From Klebsiella phage KP13-16, in the sequence record OP617741.1: a stretch of 64,000 nt of DNA. One strand, written 5' to 3'. The stretch's first letter is position 1; every line of letters begins with the position of its first letter. The position numbers were made by a program, and so were the translations under genes. Below the pieces are notes generated by a model, which saw only the letters and a program-made list of their open reading frames with translations, had not been told where the DNA came from and ran no database searches. Below are positions 9,536 through 17,990 of the stretch, in pieces.

Positions 9536-10465
9536 TCACTTCTTATCTCCACTTTTACTTTTCATAATAGAGCTTAAAGATACAAGCGGGGTTTTGGGTA
9601 CAGGTTTCTTTCTAGGGACATAATTTTTGACAAATGGATTAAGATTTTTAGCAATCTCTGGGATGGACATTCCTAAGAGTTTGCTTGCTTCTACCATTTT
9701 TGATCCCACCTCTTTTCCTACAATTACCATGTTATCTTTAGTATAACCTTGGGTTTGGTCTAACAGGATAAAGACTTTTTGAGACAGTTCAATTGTCTCT
9801 CCTGTTAATTTGCACTTAGTTCCTGAAAACTTAGCTTTAAACTCTGCAAAACTAACTGTAAACTCTTTCTTTTCCGCAGAGGCATGTTTAGCCATATCAG
9901 AATAGTAAGAGGCAATGCGTACATCTGGGGCAATCTGTTTATCTGACATCTTCAGGACTCCTTGATCATTACGGGATAGTTCAATTTTTTGTGTTAAGAC
10001 ACCATTCAAGTTATCATAAAAATTTGTATAGTCAATATCTTTAAAATAATTTTTATAAACATTAGATTCAAATTTAATTAAATGGTTGTATTTATAAGAT
10101 AAAAACTTTTTATACCCTGGTGTAACTTTCTCTTGAACCACTCTCAAGATTGCTTCAGATGTTTCATTGATCCTTACTACTTGTACTTCGGTTTTGTCAA
10201 GAGCATAATCTTTTATTCTATTTACTGCTGCTGAAGTTAAACAAACATTCCCTCGTTCATAACCGAGTTTATCATCTAAACGTTCAATGGATATCTTATG
10301 TTTATCCTCATCAAAGGTAACACCAGTATAATCACACTTACCGTCATTCCGTAAGAAAAGTACTTTCATATCTTCAAGGGTTAATTTGAAATCAATACCA
10401 CGCTTCCTGGCATCTTTTTTCTTAGATTCAAAACGTTTTTTGAGTTCTTGTTCGTCTAACTTCAT
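9536..10465 (-). CDS. HNH-endonuclease-like protein with two tandem HNH-type repeats
   Basis: Two copies of C.YTG....S(I/L)(E/D)R(L/I)D...GY...N(V/M) pattern typical of phage HNH nucleases. Confidence 0.5.
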   Translation of the reverse strand: MKLDEQELKKRFESKKKDARKRGIDFKLTLEDMKVLFLRNDGKCDYTGVTFDEDKHKISIERLDDKLGYERGNVCLTSAAVNRIKDYALDKTEVQVVRINETSEAILRVVQEKVTPGYKKFLSYKYNHLIKFESNVYKNYFKDIDYTNFYDNLNGVLTQKIELSRNDQGVLKMSDKQIAPDVRIASYYSDMAKHASAEKKEFTVSFAEFKAKFSGTKCKLTGETIELSQKVFILLDQTQGYTKDNMVIVGKEVGSKMVEASKLLGMSIPEIAKNLNPFVKNYVPRKKPVPKTPLVSLSSIMKSKSGDKK

Positions 10466-10474
10466 ATAGACCTC

Positions 10475-10990
10475 TTATTTGATCACAGTGGCATTTTCAG
10501 GGATTTCAGCTTCATCAAGTACATAGATGGTAACATTGTACCCGGCTTCACACAATGTCTTTTTGATAATATCTTCAACAGAAGACCACTCTGCTCCTCC
10601 AAGACCTGCACCAAGTTTGGGAAGTCCAATTTTAAGATCCTGATTTTCAAAAAGCATTAGCTGTTTAGACATAGCTTTGAAAGAAGATTCAAGCTTATCT
10701 AAATCTGTATTTGGTTTTCCATCCTCACGTTTCCACCAACCCCACCGTCCGTATAAATTATAAATACTTAAATTATACAATGGAGAATGGGCATATGAGA
10801 AATCTCCAAATTTTTTAGGGTCTCCTTTAATAGTTGAATCATCTGCAATAGCGACTTCCGGGAAAGCTTTATCTAAAAGTGGGGCAATCCCACGTTTACG
10901 TGCATTAAAACAGTTACATTGTTGTGCAATAACATTTACTTCTCCACTTTTTGCAGCCAATAACAAATCCATCACTTTATATTTCAACAT
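10475..10990 (-). CDS. macro-domain protein (ADP-ribose binding / hydrolase)
   Basis: VNVIAQQCNCFNARKRGIAPLL and IGLPKLGAGLGG resemble the macro-domain N..N...GG.gv..ai and P.i..G.gG blocks. Confidence 0.6.
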   Translation of the reverse strand: MLKYKVMDLLLAAKSGEVNVIAQQCNCFNARKRGIAPLLDKAFPEVAIADDSTIKGDPKKFGDFSYAHSPLYNLSIYNLYGRWGWWKREDGKPNTDLDKLESSFKAMSKQLMLFENQDLKIGLPKLGAGLGGAEWSSVEDIIKKTLCEAGYNVTIYVLDEAEIPENATVIK

Positions 10991-10998
10991 ATTACCCC

Positions 10999-11661
10999 CT
11001 ATAATTTTAATGTCTCTCTATTTAAACTTATATCTTCTTTTATATCTTGGATCCTATCAAGTAAGGCAGTTTCAACAACCTTATTAAAGTGTGCAGATTC
11101 TTTATATTTTTGTAAGCTTTCCTTGATTGCAATAATTTTATAATCTTGCCACTGTTTATGAGCAAGGTCTGGTGAGTTATGATAACCTAGATAAACAATC
11201 TTACCAGATACATGACAATAAGCTTGGAACCTATCCCTATGATGAGGCTTTTTCTTCTTTTTAAGACTTACCCCTAGTGGGAGGTGTCCTCTTGCAGATC
11301 TACTATCTGTTAATAGGCAGTTAATATAGTTCGGAACCATAACGCAAGTCTCTTTACTATAAAGCTTATTACCTTTAATTAATATATCCTTATCAATGCA
11401 TAAATTATCAAAATCCTTAGATATGGCCCAAGCTTTAAAATTTGAAAAGTATTTCCACTCTTCACTTACAGTACAACCTTCATAGACAAAATAATATGGA
11501 TCTTTTTGTTTTAAATTATAACATCTTCTAAGAATGTCTTTCCATCGGCTATATATCGGACAGAGCCAAATTTGCTTCCATTTACCATCTTCAAATCTAT
11601 TTATAGAGACAGGGTCTACACTATCATTAATGCCATAGTTATGTACAAGTTTTTGTTTCAA
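10999..11661 (-). CDS. putative homing-endonuclease-like protein (paralog B of 5973-6605)
   Basis: Paralogous to 5973-6605 across whole length. Confidence 0.5.
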   Translation of the reverse strand: MKQKLVHNYGINDSVDPVSINRFEDGKWKQIWLCPIYSRWKDILRRCYNLKQKDPYYFVYEGCTVSEEWKYFSNFKAWAISKDFDNLCIDKDILIKGNKLYSKETCVMVPNYINCLLTDSRSARGHLPLGVSLKKKKKPHHRDRFQAYCHVSGKIVYLGYHNSPDLAHKQWQDYKIIAIKESLQKYKESAHFNKVVETALLDRIQDIKEDISLNRETLKL

Positions 11662-11675
11662 TCAAATCTCCAACT

Positions 11676-12059
11676 TTATAGACTAACTTGTTCTGCATCC
11701 TTCATCTCCATAAGTTTATCTAAATAATCTTTTGCCATCTTCTTATAATCTTCCGGGAAGTATTCACGATAGTAGTCTTCAAGAAGCATCATGATGCTTG
11801 GCTCTGGTCCACTTTCAATACTTGCACATTGCGGGCGCAAGTCGAAGAAATTCTTTTCTTTCTGTAACTTTGCTTCTTCGATTAACTTATCAACTTCTTT
11901 AATTTCAAGTTTAATCTTATGACAAGTTTTACTGAAATAACTTTGATCCATCTTTTTCCTGTTCACCGAACATTTTCGAAAGGAATGCAAATCTCTGATA
12001 AGTTCATTTCTAAAATTATTCAAAGCTATAACTAGTTTTTTGTTTTTATTCATTACCAA
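11676..12059 (-). CDS. hypothetical protein (paralog of 14443-14718)
   Basis: ALNNFRNELIRDLHSFRKCSVNRKK...EVDKLIEEAKL aligns with AVLRKQRNNVIEDFRHFKRDRVNRKW...EMDKLIAGVKL. Confidence 0.5.
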   Translation of the reverse strand: MVMNKNKKLVIALNNFRNELIRDLHSFRKCSVNRKKMDQSYFSKTCHKIKLEIKEVDKLIEEAKLQKEKNFFDLRPQCASIESGPEPSIMMLLEDYYREYFPEDYKKMAKDYLDKLMEMKDAEQVSL

Positions 12060-12292
12060 GGTGCCTCTTCTAATTGGGAATGGGAGATGCCCATCATATC
12101 TGCCAGATCGTCTTTTGTCAACAATTTTCTTTCAAACAAATTTGTAACCAGCAAAACAAACATCTCACCTACGTTATTATTAGATTGCTCTAATAGTAAC
12201 TGCTCAAGGTTAAAAGTTTTAGTATCACTATAATCCTCATTCGTAAGGAAGAAATGCTTTTGTTGTGGGTTTAGCATAGGTCTTTTCCTCAA
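12053..12292 (-). CDS. hypothetical protein
   Basis: 79 aa ORF. Confidence 0.4.
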   Translation of the reverse strand: MRKRPMLNPQQKHFFLTNEDYSDTKTFNLEQLLLEQSNNNVGEMFVLLVTNLFERKLLTKDDLADMMGISHSQLEEAPW

Positions 12293-12518
12293 ATCTCAGT
12301 TCGCCGTTAAGTTTTTCAATTCTATGTGGGAGAACATCCTGGCCCCACCAAGGCTTTTCATGAATACGATAACTCCAGACTGTCATGAAAGAGTCTTCTT
12401 CAGTGCCTTCTCCTTTGATTCTAACAGTCTTATTATAGATATCCCGGATAGTAGCTTCTATCCCATCTACTAAGACAATCTCATGAATTCTGTAAGGCAT
12501 CTGGTATTCATTAGTCAC
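12237..12518 (-). CDS. hypothetical protein (GTG start overlapping nadR-like stop)
   Basis: GTGA start/stop overlap, RBS GGAG. Confidence 0.4.
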   Translation of the reverse strand: MTNEYQMPYRIHEIVLVDGIEATIRDIYNKTVRIKGEGTEEDSFMTVWSYRIHEKPWWGQDVLPHRIEKLNGELRFEEKTYAKPTTKAFLPYE

Positions 12519-14116
12519 AAATATGCTCCAAGAATATGTTCTGAATAAACCTCTTCTAGAAAATCTTCCCAAAATTCCTTATCTACTGAAGAAGGATAAT
12601 GAGAGTTTTCTGCTAAAATTTCAACTTCCTGTACAACCTTCTCAAGTTCTTCCTGAACCTCATTGAAAGGCATGTTACCAGTCTTAACAGATAAAATCAA
12701 GGGATTTTGTTCCATAGGATAAACAAGATCACCATGCTTATAAATGTTAATAAGTTGATATCCACCACGAAGAGCGTGGCTCAGAGCTTTCCAATCCACA
12801 CCTTGATTAGCCTCAGCCAAACGTGCTCTATCGCCATATTCTTCCCACAGTTTAAATAAAGACGTCTTCATTTCTTTTACTGAGACTGTTTGTTGAAACT
12901 TTCTTCCAAGAACTTCATAAAAGATTTGATTTACACCATTTTTATCCGTAGCAAAGATCCAATATGCAAACTCATTGAGTGGAAAATATTCTTTGAAATC
13001 ACCAACCTTTTTAGAATCATCTATTGTTTTAATACATTCTACAACTTCACGTAATGCTGCAAGCCTGGAGCCTTTAATTCCATACTTAGATGCTTGTTTC
13101 CTTACATAACCAAAAAGCCCTGTCAGCTTTTTAGTATAAAAACGGTGACGATTGTCACGAATATATTGCCACGTTTCAGAATTGGTTACGAGCTTACTAT
13201 CTGTATCTTGCAAACGGAGAGGATCAGCCACCCACTCAACTTCTGGGGAAAGGTATAGCACCATGTCGTAGAAGTTATGAGCTTCTTCAACAGCCAACGA
13301 CATAAACATACCATCATTGTAGCTCACTTTACCAGCACAAATTGCAGAAAAATGTGTTATAAGATTGGTTGTATCTGAAATATGCACCACATGTGCCTGA
13401 TTTGAGTTACTAAATTCCTCAATACGGTGGATCATAGCAATCTTAAGATATGCTTCACGATCCATTAAAAATTCACTGCCATTGTACATCTGTTCGCAAA
13501 TATGCCGCCCTACTTCGGGTGTTGATGTTGTTCCATAGTGCTGTGCTAGAAGCTCAGTCATAGTGGATTTGCCAGTGCTCTCAACACCAATGATAGCTAC
13601 ACGTTTTACAAAACGAGGACGAGCTTGATCTGAAAGATACTCGAAGTTATCACGTAGATTAGTACGAATACGTGTTGCAGAGATATCCACTCCTGTACGC
13701 TCTGCATCCAACACAACATGCTCCACCTCTGGGAAATGCTCAGAGAAGTACTCAGTATACTCCGGCTCAGAAGAGAAAGCATGTGTCAACACTTCCCCTT
13801 CTGGGATTTTAGCACGAATCAACTCAGCATAAGCCTTACCACCTTCTGGATAACCAGGAATATCAGACTCATCCACATAATCTACAATCACTTTGTGTTG
13901 TAACCCTGAGTCTTGAATTAAAGATTTAAGATCCAATAAACGCTGGGTTAAACCTAGACGGTCTTGCATCCAAGGTGTTTGAGTGTCGTTAAACTTCTGG
14001 TCAAACGACAGAAACAGGTATAGCCGATCAATACCTGAATCTACAGCCATACGAATGAAGTTGACGTGTCCTGCTGTCAGGGGTGCAAATTTACCTAAAA
14101 TTAAGCCTACGTTCAT
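12515..14116 (-). CDS. nadR: NadR-like bifunctional NMN adenylyltransferase / ribosylnicotinamide kinase with extra C-terminal domain
   Basis: N-terminal GKFAPLTAGHVNFI (HxGH-type nucleotidyltransferase), central P-loop GVESTGKSTMTELLA as in NadR RNK domain, about 180 extra C-terminal residues of unknown family; no HTH. Confidence 0.8.
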   Translation of the reverse strand: MNVGLILGKFAPLTAGHVNFIRMAVDSGIDRLYLFLSFDQKFNDTQTPWMQDRLGLTQRLLDLKSLIQDSGLQHKVIVDYVDESDIPGYPEGGKAYAELIRAKIPEGEVLTHAFSSEPEYTEYFSEHFPEVEHVVLDAERTGVDISATRIRTNLRDNFEYLSDQARPRFVKRVAIIGVESTGKSTMTELLAQHYGTTSTPEVGRHICEQMYNGSEFLMDREAYLKIAMIHRIEEFSNSNQAHVVHISDTTNLITHFSAICAGKVSYNDGMFMSLAVEEAHNFYDMVLYLSPEVEWVADPLRLQDTDSKLVTNSETWQYIRDNRHRFYTKKLTGLFGYVRKQASKYGIKGSRLAALREVVECIKTIDDSKKVGDFKEYFPLNEFAYWIFATDKNGVNQIFYEVLGRKFQQTVSVKEMKTSLFKLWEEYGDRARLAEANQGVDWKALSHALRGGYQLINIYKHGDLVYPMEQNPLILSVKTGNMPFNEVQEELEKVVQEVEILAENSHYPSSVDKEFWEDFLEEVYSEHILGAYL

Positions 14117-14135
14117 GGGGTCTCCTTTGTCTAAT

Positions 14136-14172
14136 CAGTTTGTATCTTAGATTACTATTAAGTAATTGTCAA
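14136..14172 (-). promoter_or_regulatory. sigma70-like promoter upstream of nadR-like gene
   Basis: Minus strand TTGACA-17-TAAGAT followed by AAGGAGA RBS and ATG. Confidence 0.5.
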
Positions 14173-14442
14173 CTGTTAATTGGTTAATTAGGTATGTAGT
14201 TTGTTTTACACTTACAATGATACACCTCTAGGTAGGATAATCAAGGAAATAATAGTAAATCGTATAACTACTATGGACATAGTATCCATAATACCTCCTA
14301 TAAAAGAAAAGCTATCCGTCCCTTCCTATCTAACGATAGTCAGGAACGAATAGCTATAGAATCTCCCCTCGCTTCGCTCGGCACCTTGTAGGGTTAGGGT
14401 AGCATATTTTTCAGCGAAAGTCAATATCCCTGAGACATTTAT

Positions 14443-14718
14443 TTAAGGCAGTGGAAAGTAAATTGTGTTGGACTCGTAATCGTAGTAGTATTGTATTCCA
14501 GTTTCACGAGATACACGTAGCGCCAGCTTAACTCCTGCAATGAGTTTGTCCATTTCAGCAATCTCTTTACGGAAGCGTGTTACTGTGTGAGAGAATGCAC
14601 TATGTGGCACCCATTTACGGTTTACACGATCACGTTTGAAGTGACGGAAATCTTCAATGACGTTATTGCGCTGTTTACGCAGTACAGCCATCAGGTGGTA
14701 ATACGGATGTTTGTTCAT
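14443..14718 (-). CDS. hypothetical protein (paralog of 11676-12059)
   Basis: Paralog alignment, higher GC context. Confidence 0.5.
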   Translation of the reverse strand: MNKHPYYHLMAVLRKQRNNVIEDFRHFKRDRVNRKWVPHSAFSHTVTRFRKEIAEMDKLIAGVKLALRVSRETGIQYYYDYESNTIYFPLP

Positions 14719-14729
14719 TATTTTACTCC

Positions 14730-15008
14730 TTACTTAGGGAACACAGAACCGGGGGTAGCTTCTTCCATTTGCAGAAGCTGTTCACACATACCATACACCT
14801 CTCCGTATGTGATCTCGGTTATACCTGTGTCGTCACAAATCATTTCACACAGTTTATTAATGTCTATGCCACCGCAACGCTGCTCGGACTTACGCATCCC
14901 TTCACCTTCTTTCCAGTCAACTGGAGACTGGAGAAGAATCAGTTCTCCATTACCCAGTTCAACCAGGTAATCTGCAATATTTTCGCGTGGGGTATATTGT
15001 TCAGTCAT
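14730..15008 (-). CDS. hypothetical protein
   Basis: 92 aa ORF. Confidence 0.45.
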   Translation of the reverse strand: MTEQYTPRENIADYLVELGNGELILLQSPVDWKEGEGMRKSEQRCGGIDINKLCEMICDDTGITEITYGEVYGMCEQLLQMEEATPGSVFPK

Positions 15009-15430
15009 TTTATCTCCTTAACAAAATCAGATGCACGATCAAACCAGAATGTGCAATGTTTTTCAGTGGCTTCTATTAAAGCATCAAATGCTTCTTGTGT
15101 CAACTCCACAGGGGTATACCGATTTGGACGCTCATAGTATAAACCAGTATAAGTCCTTTCAAAGTCTTTCTGGCGTTCTTTCAGGCCTTCCACGGTTAAG
15201 CCTACCATATACCCATCCTGTTTACTACCCCAGCCTGCTTCAGATTCGATAACAGGGATACAGAAGCCATAAAAACGCTCTGTATCGCTCTCCACCGGGT
15301 TTTTAGCAGAAGCCGCACCGTTTTCCCATCCCTCTTTAAAAATCGTATACAGCTTCTCGTAGAGGCTTCTATTCGAGCCTTCTTTGTATGGGTGAAGTTC
15401 TTCAAACTTCGCACGAATAGTGTTTGTCAT
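15005..15430 (-). CDS. hypothetical protein
   Basis: 141 aa ORF. Confidence 0.5.
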   Translation of the reverse strand: MTNTIRAKFEELHPYKEGSNRSLYEKLYTIFKEGWENGAASAKNPVESDTERFYGFCIPVIESEAGWGSKQDGYMVGLTVEGLKERQKDFERTYTGLYYERPNRYTPVELTQEAFDALIEATEKHCTFWFDRASDFVKEIK

Positions 15431-15441
15431 AAAAGCTCCTT

Positions 15442-15573
15442 ACTCCATTAATGAAAAAATCAAACAAAGAATTTGTCCACCAATACAAATAAATCCTGCG
15501 GTAAGGTTATCAAAACCCCAAATGAAAACATTTGCTAAAATCATCAATAAAATATTAAGACCAAACCACATCA
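15442..15573 (-). CDS. small hydrophobic membrane protein (43 aa)
   Basis: Unlisted ORF MMWFGLNILLMILANVF..., strong RBS AGGAGGTGA. Confidence 0.4.
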
Positions 15574-15897
15574 TTCACCTCCTTTAGGGATGTATTGCGG
15601 CATAGGCATGTATGCCACTACAGGCTCCCAGTCAAAGTAGAAACGACCATTAATCACTGCAAACTTACCACTACCACCCTGTACAACTTGGCAAACACCG
15701 TATTCCCCATCAGCCATGATGACAACCCAGTTGCCGAATGGCATGTTGTGGATACCATCAACATCAATCCAAGGATGTTGTAAACTGTAAATCTTGTTTA
15801 CGACCTCTGTGAAGTCTGGATCATACAAACCGAGGTCATGCGCAATGTTCAACAACATTTCTTTGTACAGTTCTTCACGTGTCATAGATTCAGCCAT
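15571..15897 (-). CDS. hypothetical protein
   Basis: 108 aa ORF. Confidence 0.5.
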   Translation of the reverse strand: MAESMTREELYKEMLLNIAHDLGLYDPDFTEVVNKIYSLQHPWIDVDGIHNMPFGNWVVIMADGEYGVCQVVQGGSGKFAVINGRFYFDWEPVVAYMPMPQYIPKGGE

Positions 15898-16274
15898 TAG
15901 CGTACTTCCAAGCTTGGGATTAAGGTTTGTGGAGCAAAGATAACACGAGTGTGATCAACACTCACCTGAGCACCATCAATTTGCTCAATGAAATAGGTGG
16001 TATCCGTAGAGAGTCCCATATAATGTTTCTTCACAGAACCGTTAGCCTTATCACGACAAGTGATGATCAGTGTACGATCAGTGCTACTGTTATCTTTCGC
16101 ACAGTAACCTTCAATACGCATTAACTCTTTGTCTGTACGAGTGTTGATGAAGTGGGTGGAACGCAACACTTCGAAGTTATCGCCAGCGGTGGCGATGTTA
16201 CGACTTGCAACGTCAGCAGCTTGTTCACAACCAGCCAAACCCAAGCATAAAGCAATCAGCAGAATCTTTTTCAT
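15897..16274 (-). CDS. lipoprotein
   Basis: Signal peptide with lipobox LAGC (MKKILLIALCLGLAGC). Confidence 0.65.
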   Translation of the reverse strand: MKKILLIALCLGLAGCEQAADVASRNIATAGDNFEVLRSTHFINTRTDKELMRIEGYCAKDNSSTDRTLIITCRDKANGSVKKHYMGLSTDTTYFIEQIDGAQVSVDHTRVIFAPQTLIPSLEVR

Positions 16275-16440
16275 TTTACTCTCCTTCTTTATTCACAATT
16301 TTGTAGTATGGAAGTTTCTTAATCAACTCTTCCGGTATACCGCTTTCAGACCAAGTGGCTCCACCGTCTGTAGAGGCGTAGCCCTTGTTGCCAACGTACT
16401 TACGCATGATAGCACGAAACATGTTTTGATAGATAGTCAT
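16270..16440 (-). CDS. hypothetical protein (56 aa)
   Basis: Unlisted ORF MTIYQNMFRAIMRKYVGNKG..., ATGA overlap with upstream ORF. Confidence 0.4.
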
Positions 16441-16517
16441 TTACAAATACACCCACCAGAGAAAATACTACCATAACATTTCTCGCACATAACATCTTCA
16501 ATAAATAATATTTTCAT
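16440..16517 (-). CDS. tiny Cys-rich peptide (25 aa)
   Basis: MKILFIEDVMCEKCYGSIFSGGCICK with RBS GGAGGAAG; ATGA-coupled on both sides. Confidence 0.3.
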
Positions 16518-16975
16518 TTCTTCTTCCTCCTTTTAAGTTTGTTGTGACCACGACCTTTCGTGATACGGAAGTTGTAGTTCTCCTTCTCACGAGGCAGTGT
16601 AGGAGATCGTGGAGAGATACCTACCCAGTAGTCCATAGTATCAGCAGTGTAGCATCCTCCTGTGAACAAAGCAATAACCCTACCCTCTAGTGCAGAGTAA
16701 TTGTCACATAAAACTACCGCTTTAACTTTCTGACGGTCTTTCCCCGTAGATGCTCCAATAACACGCAACTCATCTTTTGTCTCACTTTCAAGAATCATCC
16801 ATCCTTCATGCTGCCAATCATAGCCTTTGTCCCAACCAGCCATAGGGTAGCCATGCTCATCGAAAATTTTACCATCTTCCATATAGAAGAACTCCTCGCT
16901 GGTAAAGTGACGGTTCTTAACACGTTTACCTTCACGCATTGCTTCTTGGGCTTGAGTCCAGGTTAATTCGTACAT
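16514..16975 (-). CDS. hypothetical protein, possible DUF2829 (Tad2-like) fold
   Basis: Start MYELTWTQAQEAMREGKRVKNRHF... resembles DUF2829 N-terminal alpha-helix/GKKV.R.gW pattern; basic C-terminus. Confidence 0.35.
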   Translation of the reverse strand: MYELTWTQAQEAMREGKRVKNRHFTSEEFFYMEDGKIFDEHGYPMAGWDKGYDWQHEGWMILESETKDELRVIGASTGKDRQKVKAVVLCDNYSALEGRVIALFTGGCYTADTMDYWVGISPRSPTLPREKENYNFRITKGRGHNKLKRRKKK

Positions 16976-16976
16976 T

Positions 16977-17216
16977 TTACCCTCTCTTTTCAATTTTAGT
17001 AACATTACGAGGCCAGATGATATCTCTGCTATTATAACTAATTGTATCACCTCCTCGGATGAAACGATAGTTATTTCCCCACCCTTGTTCCCAAGCGAGG
17101 GCAACTTTAAAACGTTCACCATCTTTTGTTTCTATAAAGAAAGTTTCTTCATAATCTGGGTTGTCATAAATATTATCACAAGCCTGCTCTGTACCACTAA
17201 AATTCTTAAAATCCAT
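16977..17216 (-). CDS. hypothetical protein
   Basis: 79 aa ORF, TAAAATG junction with downstream gene. Confidence 0.5.
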   Translation of the reverse strand: MDFKNFSGTEQACDNIYDNPDYEETFFIETKDGERFKVALAWEQGWGNNYRFIRGGDTISYNSRDIIWPRNVTKIEKRG

Positions 17217-17218
17217 TA

Positions 17219-17596
17219 CTATACTCCTTTACAGAAGTTAACCACATCTTCATACGAGAGTCCAGCACGCTGGACCGCGTTCCGAATAGTTTCCTTTGCT
17301 GATTGAATGGCTTGCTCTTTTTCTTTCAAAAGTTGAGCGTTAGTTTTAACTTTACCAACCCAACCACCATAAGATTGCTGTCTGATTTCTGCAAACAGAT
17401 GTTCTAATTCATTAGCTGGTTTAGCTATGAGTACTGGATTACCTACCTGAGTAATACTATACTCATAATATTCATTTTTACCAATACTTTTCAAGTACTT
17501 AATTGCATGTTCCGGGTTGTCTGCTTCAACATAGCCAAGATGCTTGATAGTACGGCCTTCGCAATCACCTTCAGTAGTTACTTTATAAATAGGCAT
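17219..17596 (-). CDS. hypothetical protein
   Basis: Start MPIYKVTT after AGAGGAGAGAAAAG. Confidence 0.5.
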   Translation of the reverse strand: MPIYKVTTEGDCEGRTIKHLGYVEADNPEHAIKYLKSIGKNEYYEYSITQVGNPVLIAKPANELEHLFAEIRQQSYGGWVGKVKTNAQLLKEKEQAIQSAKETIRNAVQRAGLSYEDVVNFCKGV

Positions 17597-17656
17597 CTTT
17601 TCTCTCCTCTTGTTTGTATGCAACAATCTTAGCAAACTGAAAATTAAAGTCAATAG

Positions 17657-17684
17657 TTGACATCAAATATTTTTAGAGTAAAAT
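17657..17684 (+). promoter_or_regulatory. sigma70-like promoter at strand-switch point (TTGACA-16/17-TAAAAT)
   Basis: Perfect -35 hexamer, AT-rich -10, located at divergence of minus and plus gene blocks. Confidence 0.5.
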
Positions 17685-17990
17685 GTGTGTATCTTAACCA
17701 AGAAAGCAGGTCAATCTCATAATGAGTACCTTTCAGGCATTTTGTATTCTTCTGATGCGTGTCGTGTGAAGCTGGCTGACCTTCGTCACAACATAGATAT
17801 TCGTCGTTTAAAAGGTTTGCGAGAAAAAGACTTTGCAAGAATGCAAAAGTATCTTAAGATGTACAAAACTATTGAGATGATGCTTGAATGGGATGTTTTG
17901 CATAGCCCAGCAGCTTACTTTTCTCTTGGGGATTATTATGAACATCGTGTTAGTCACATTGAGGAACTCTTGAATGATAAAGGCAACTAA
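17685..17990 (+). CDS. hypothetical protein (start uncertain; ORF begins inside promoter -10)
   Basis: Open frame only; listed GTG start overlaps the -10 so true start must be internal. Confidence 0.3.
   Translation: MCILTKKAGQSHNEYLSGILYSSDACRVKLADLRHNIDIRRLKGLREKDFARMQKYLKMYKTIEMMLEWDVLHSPAAYFSLGDYYEHRVSHIEELLNDKGN

Noticed and set aside
9417-9540. 38-aa hydrophobic ORF with GTG start between 8769-9416 and 9536-10465
   Set aside because: Only a weak RBS and a GTG start; it may be real but there is not enough support.
17685-17745. Leaderless start of the first plus-strand ORF at the promoter -10
   Set aside because: The GTG lies upstream of any plausible transcription start; I kept the ORF at low confidence with the start unresolved.
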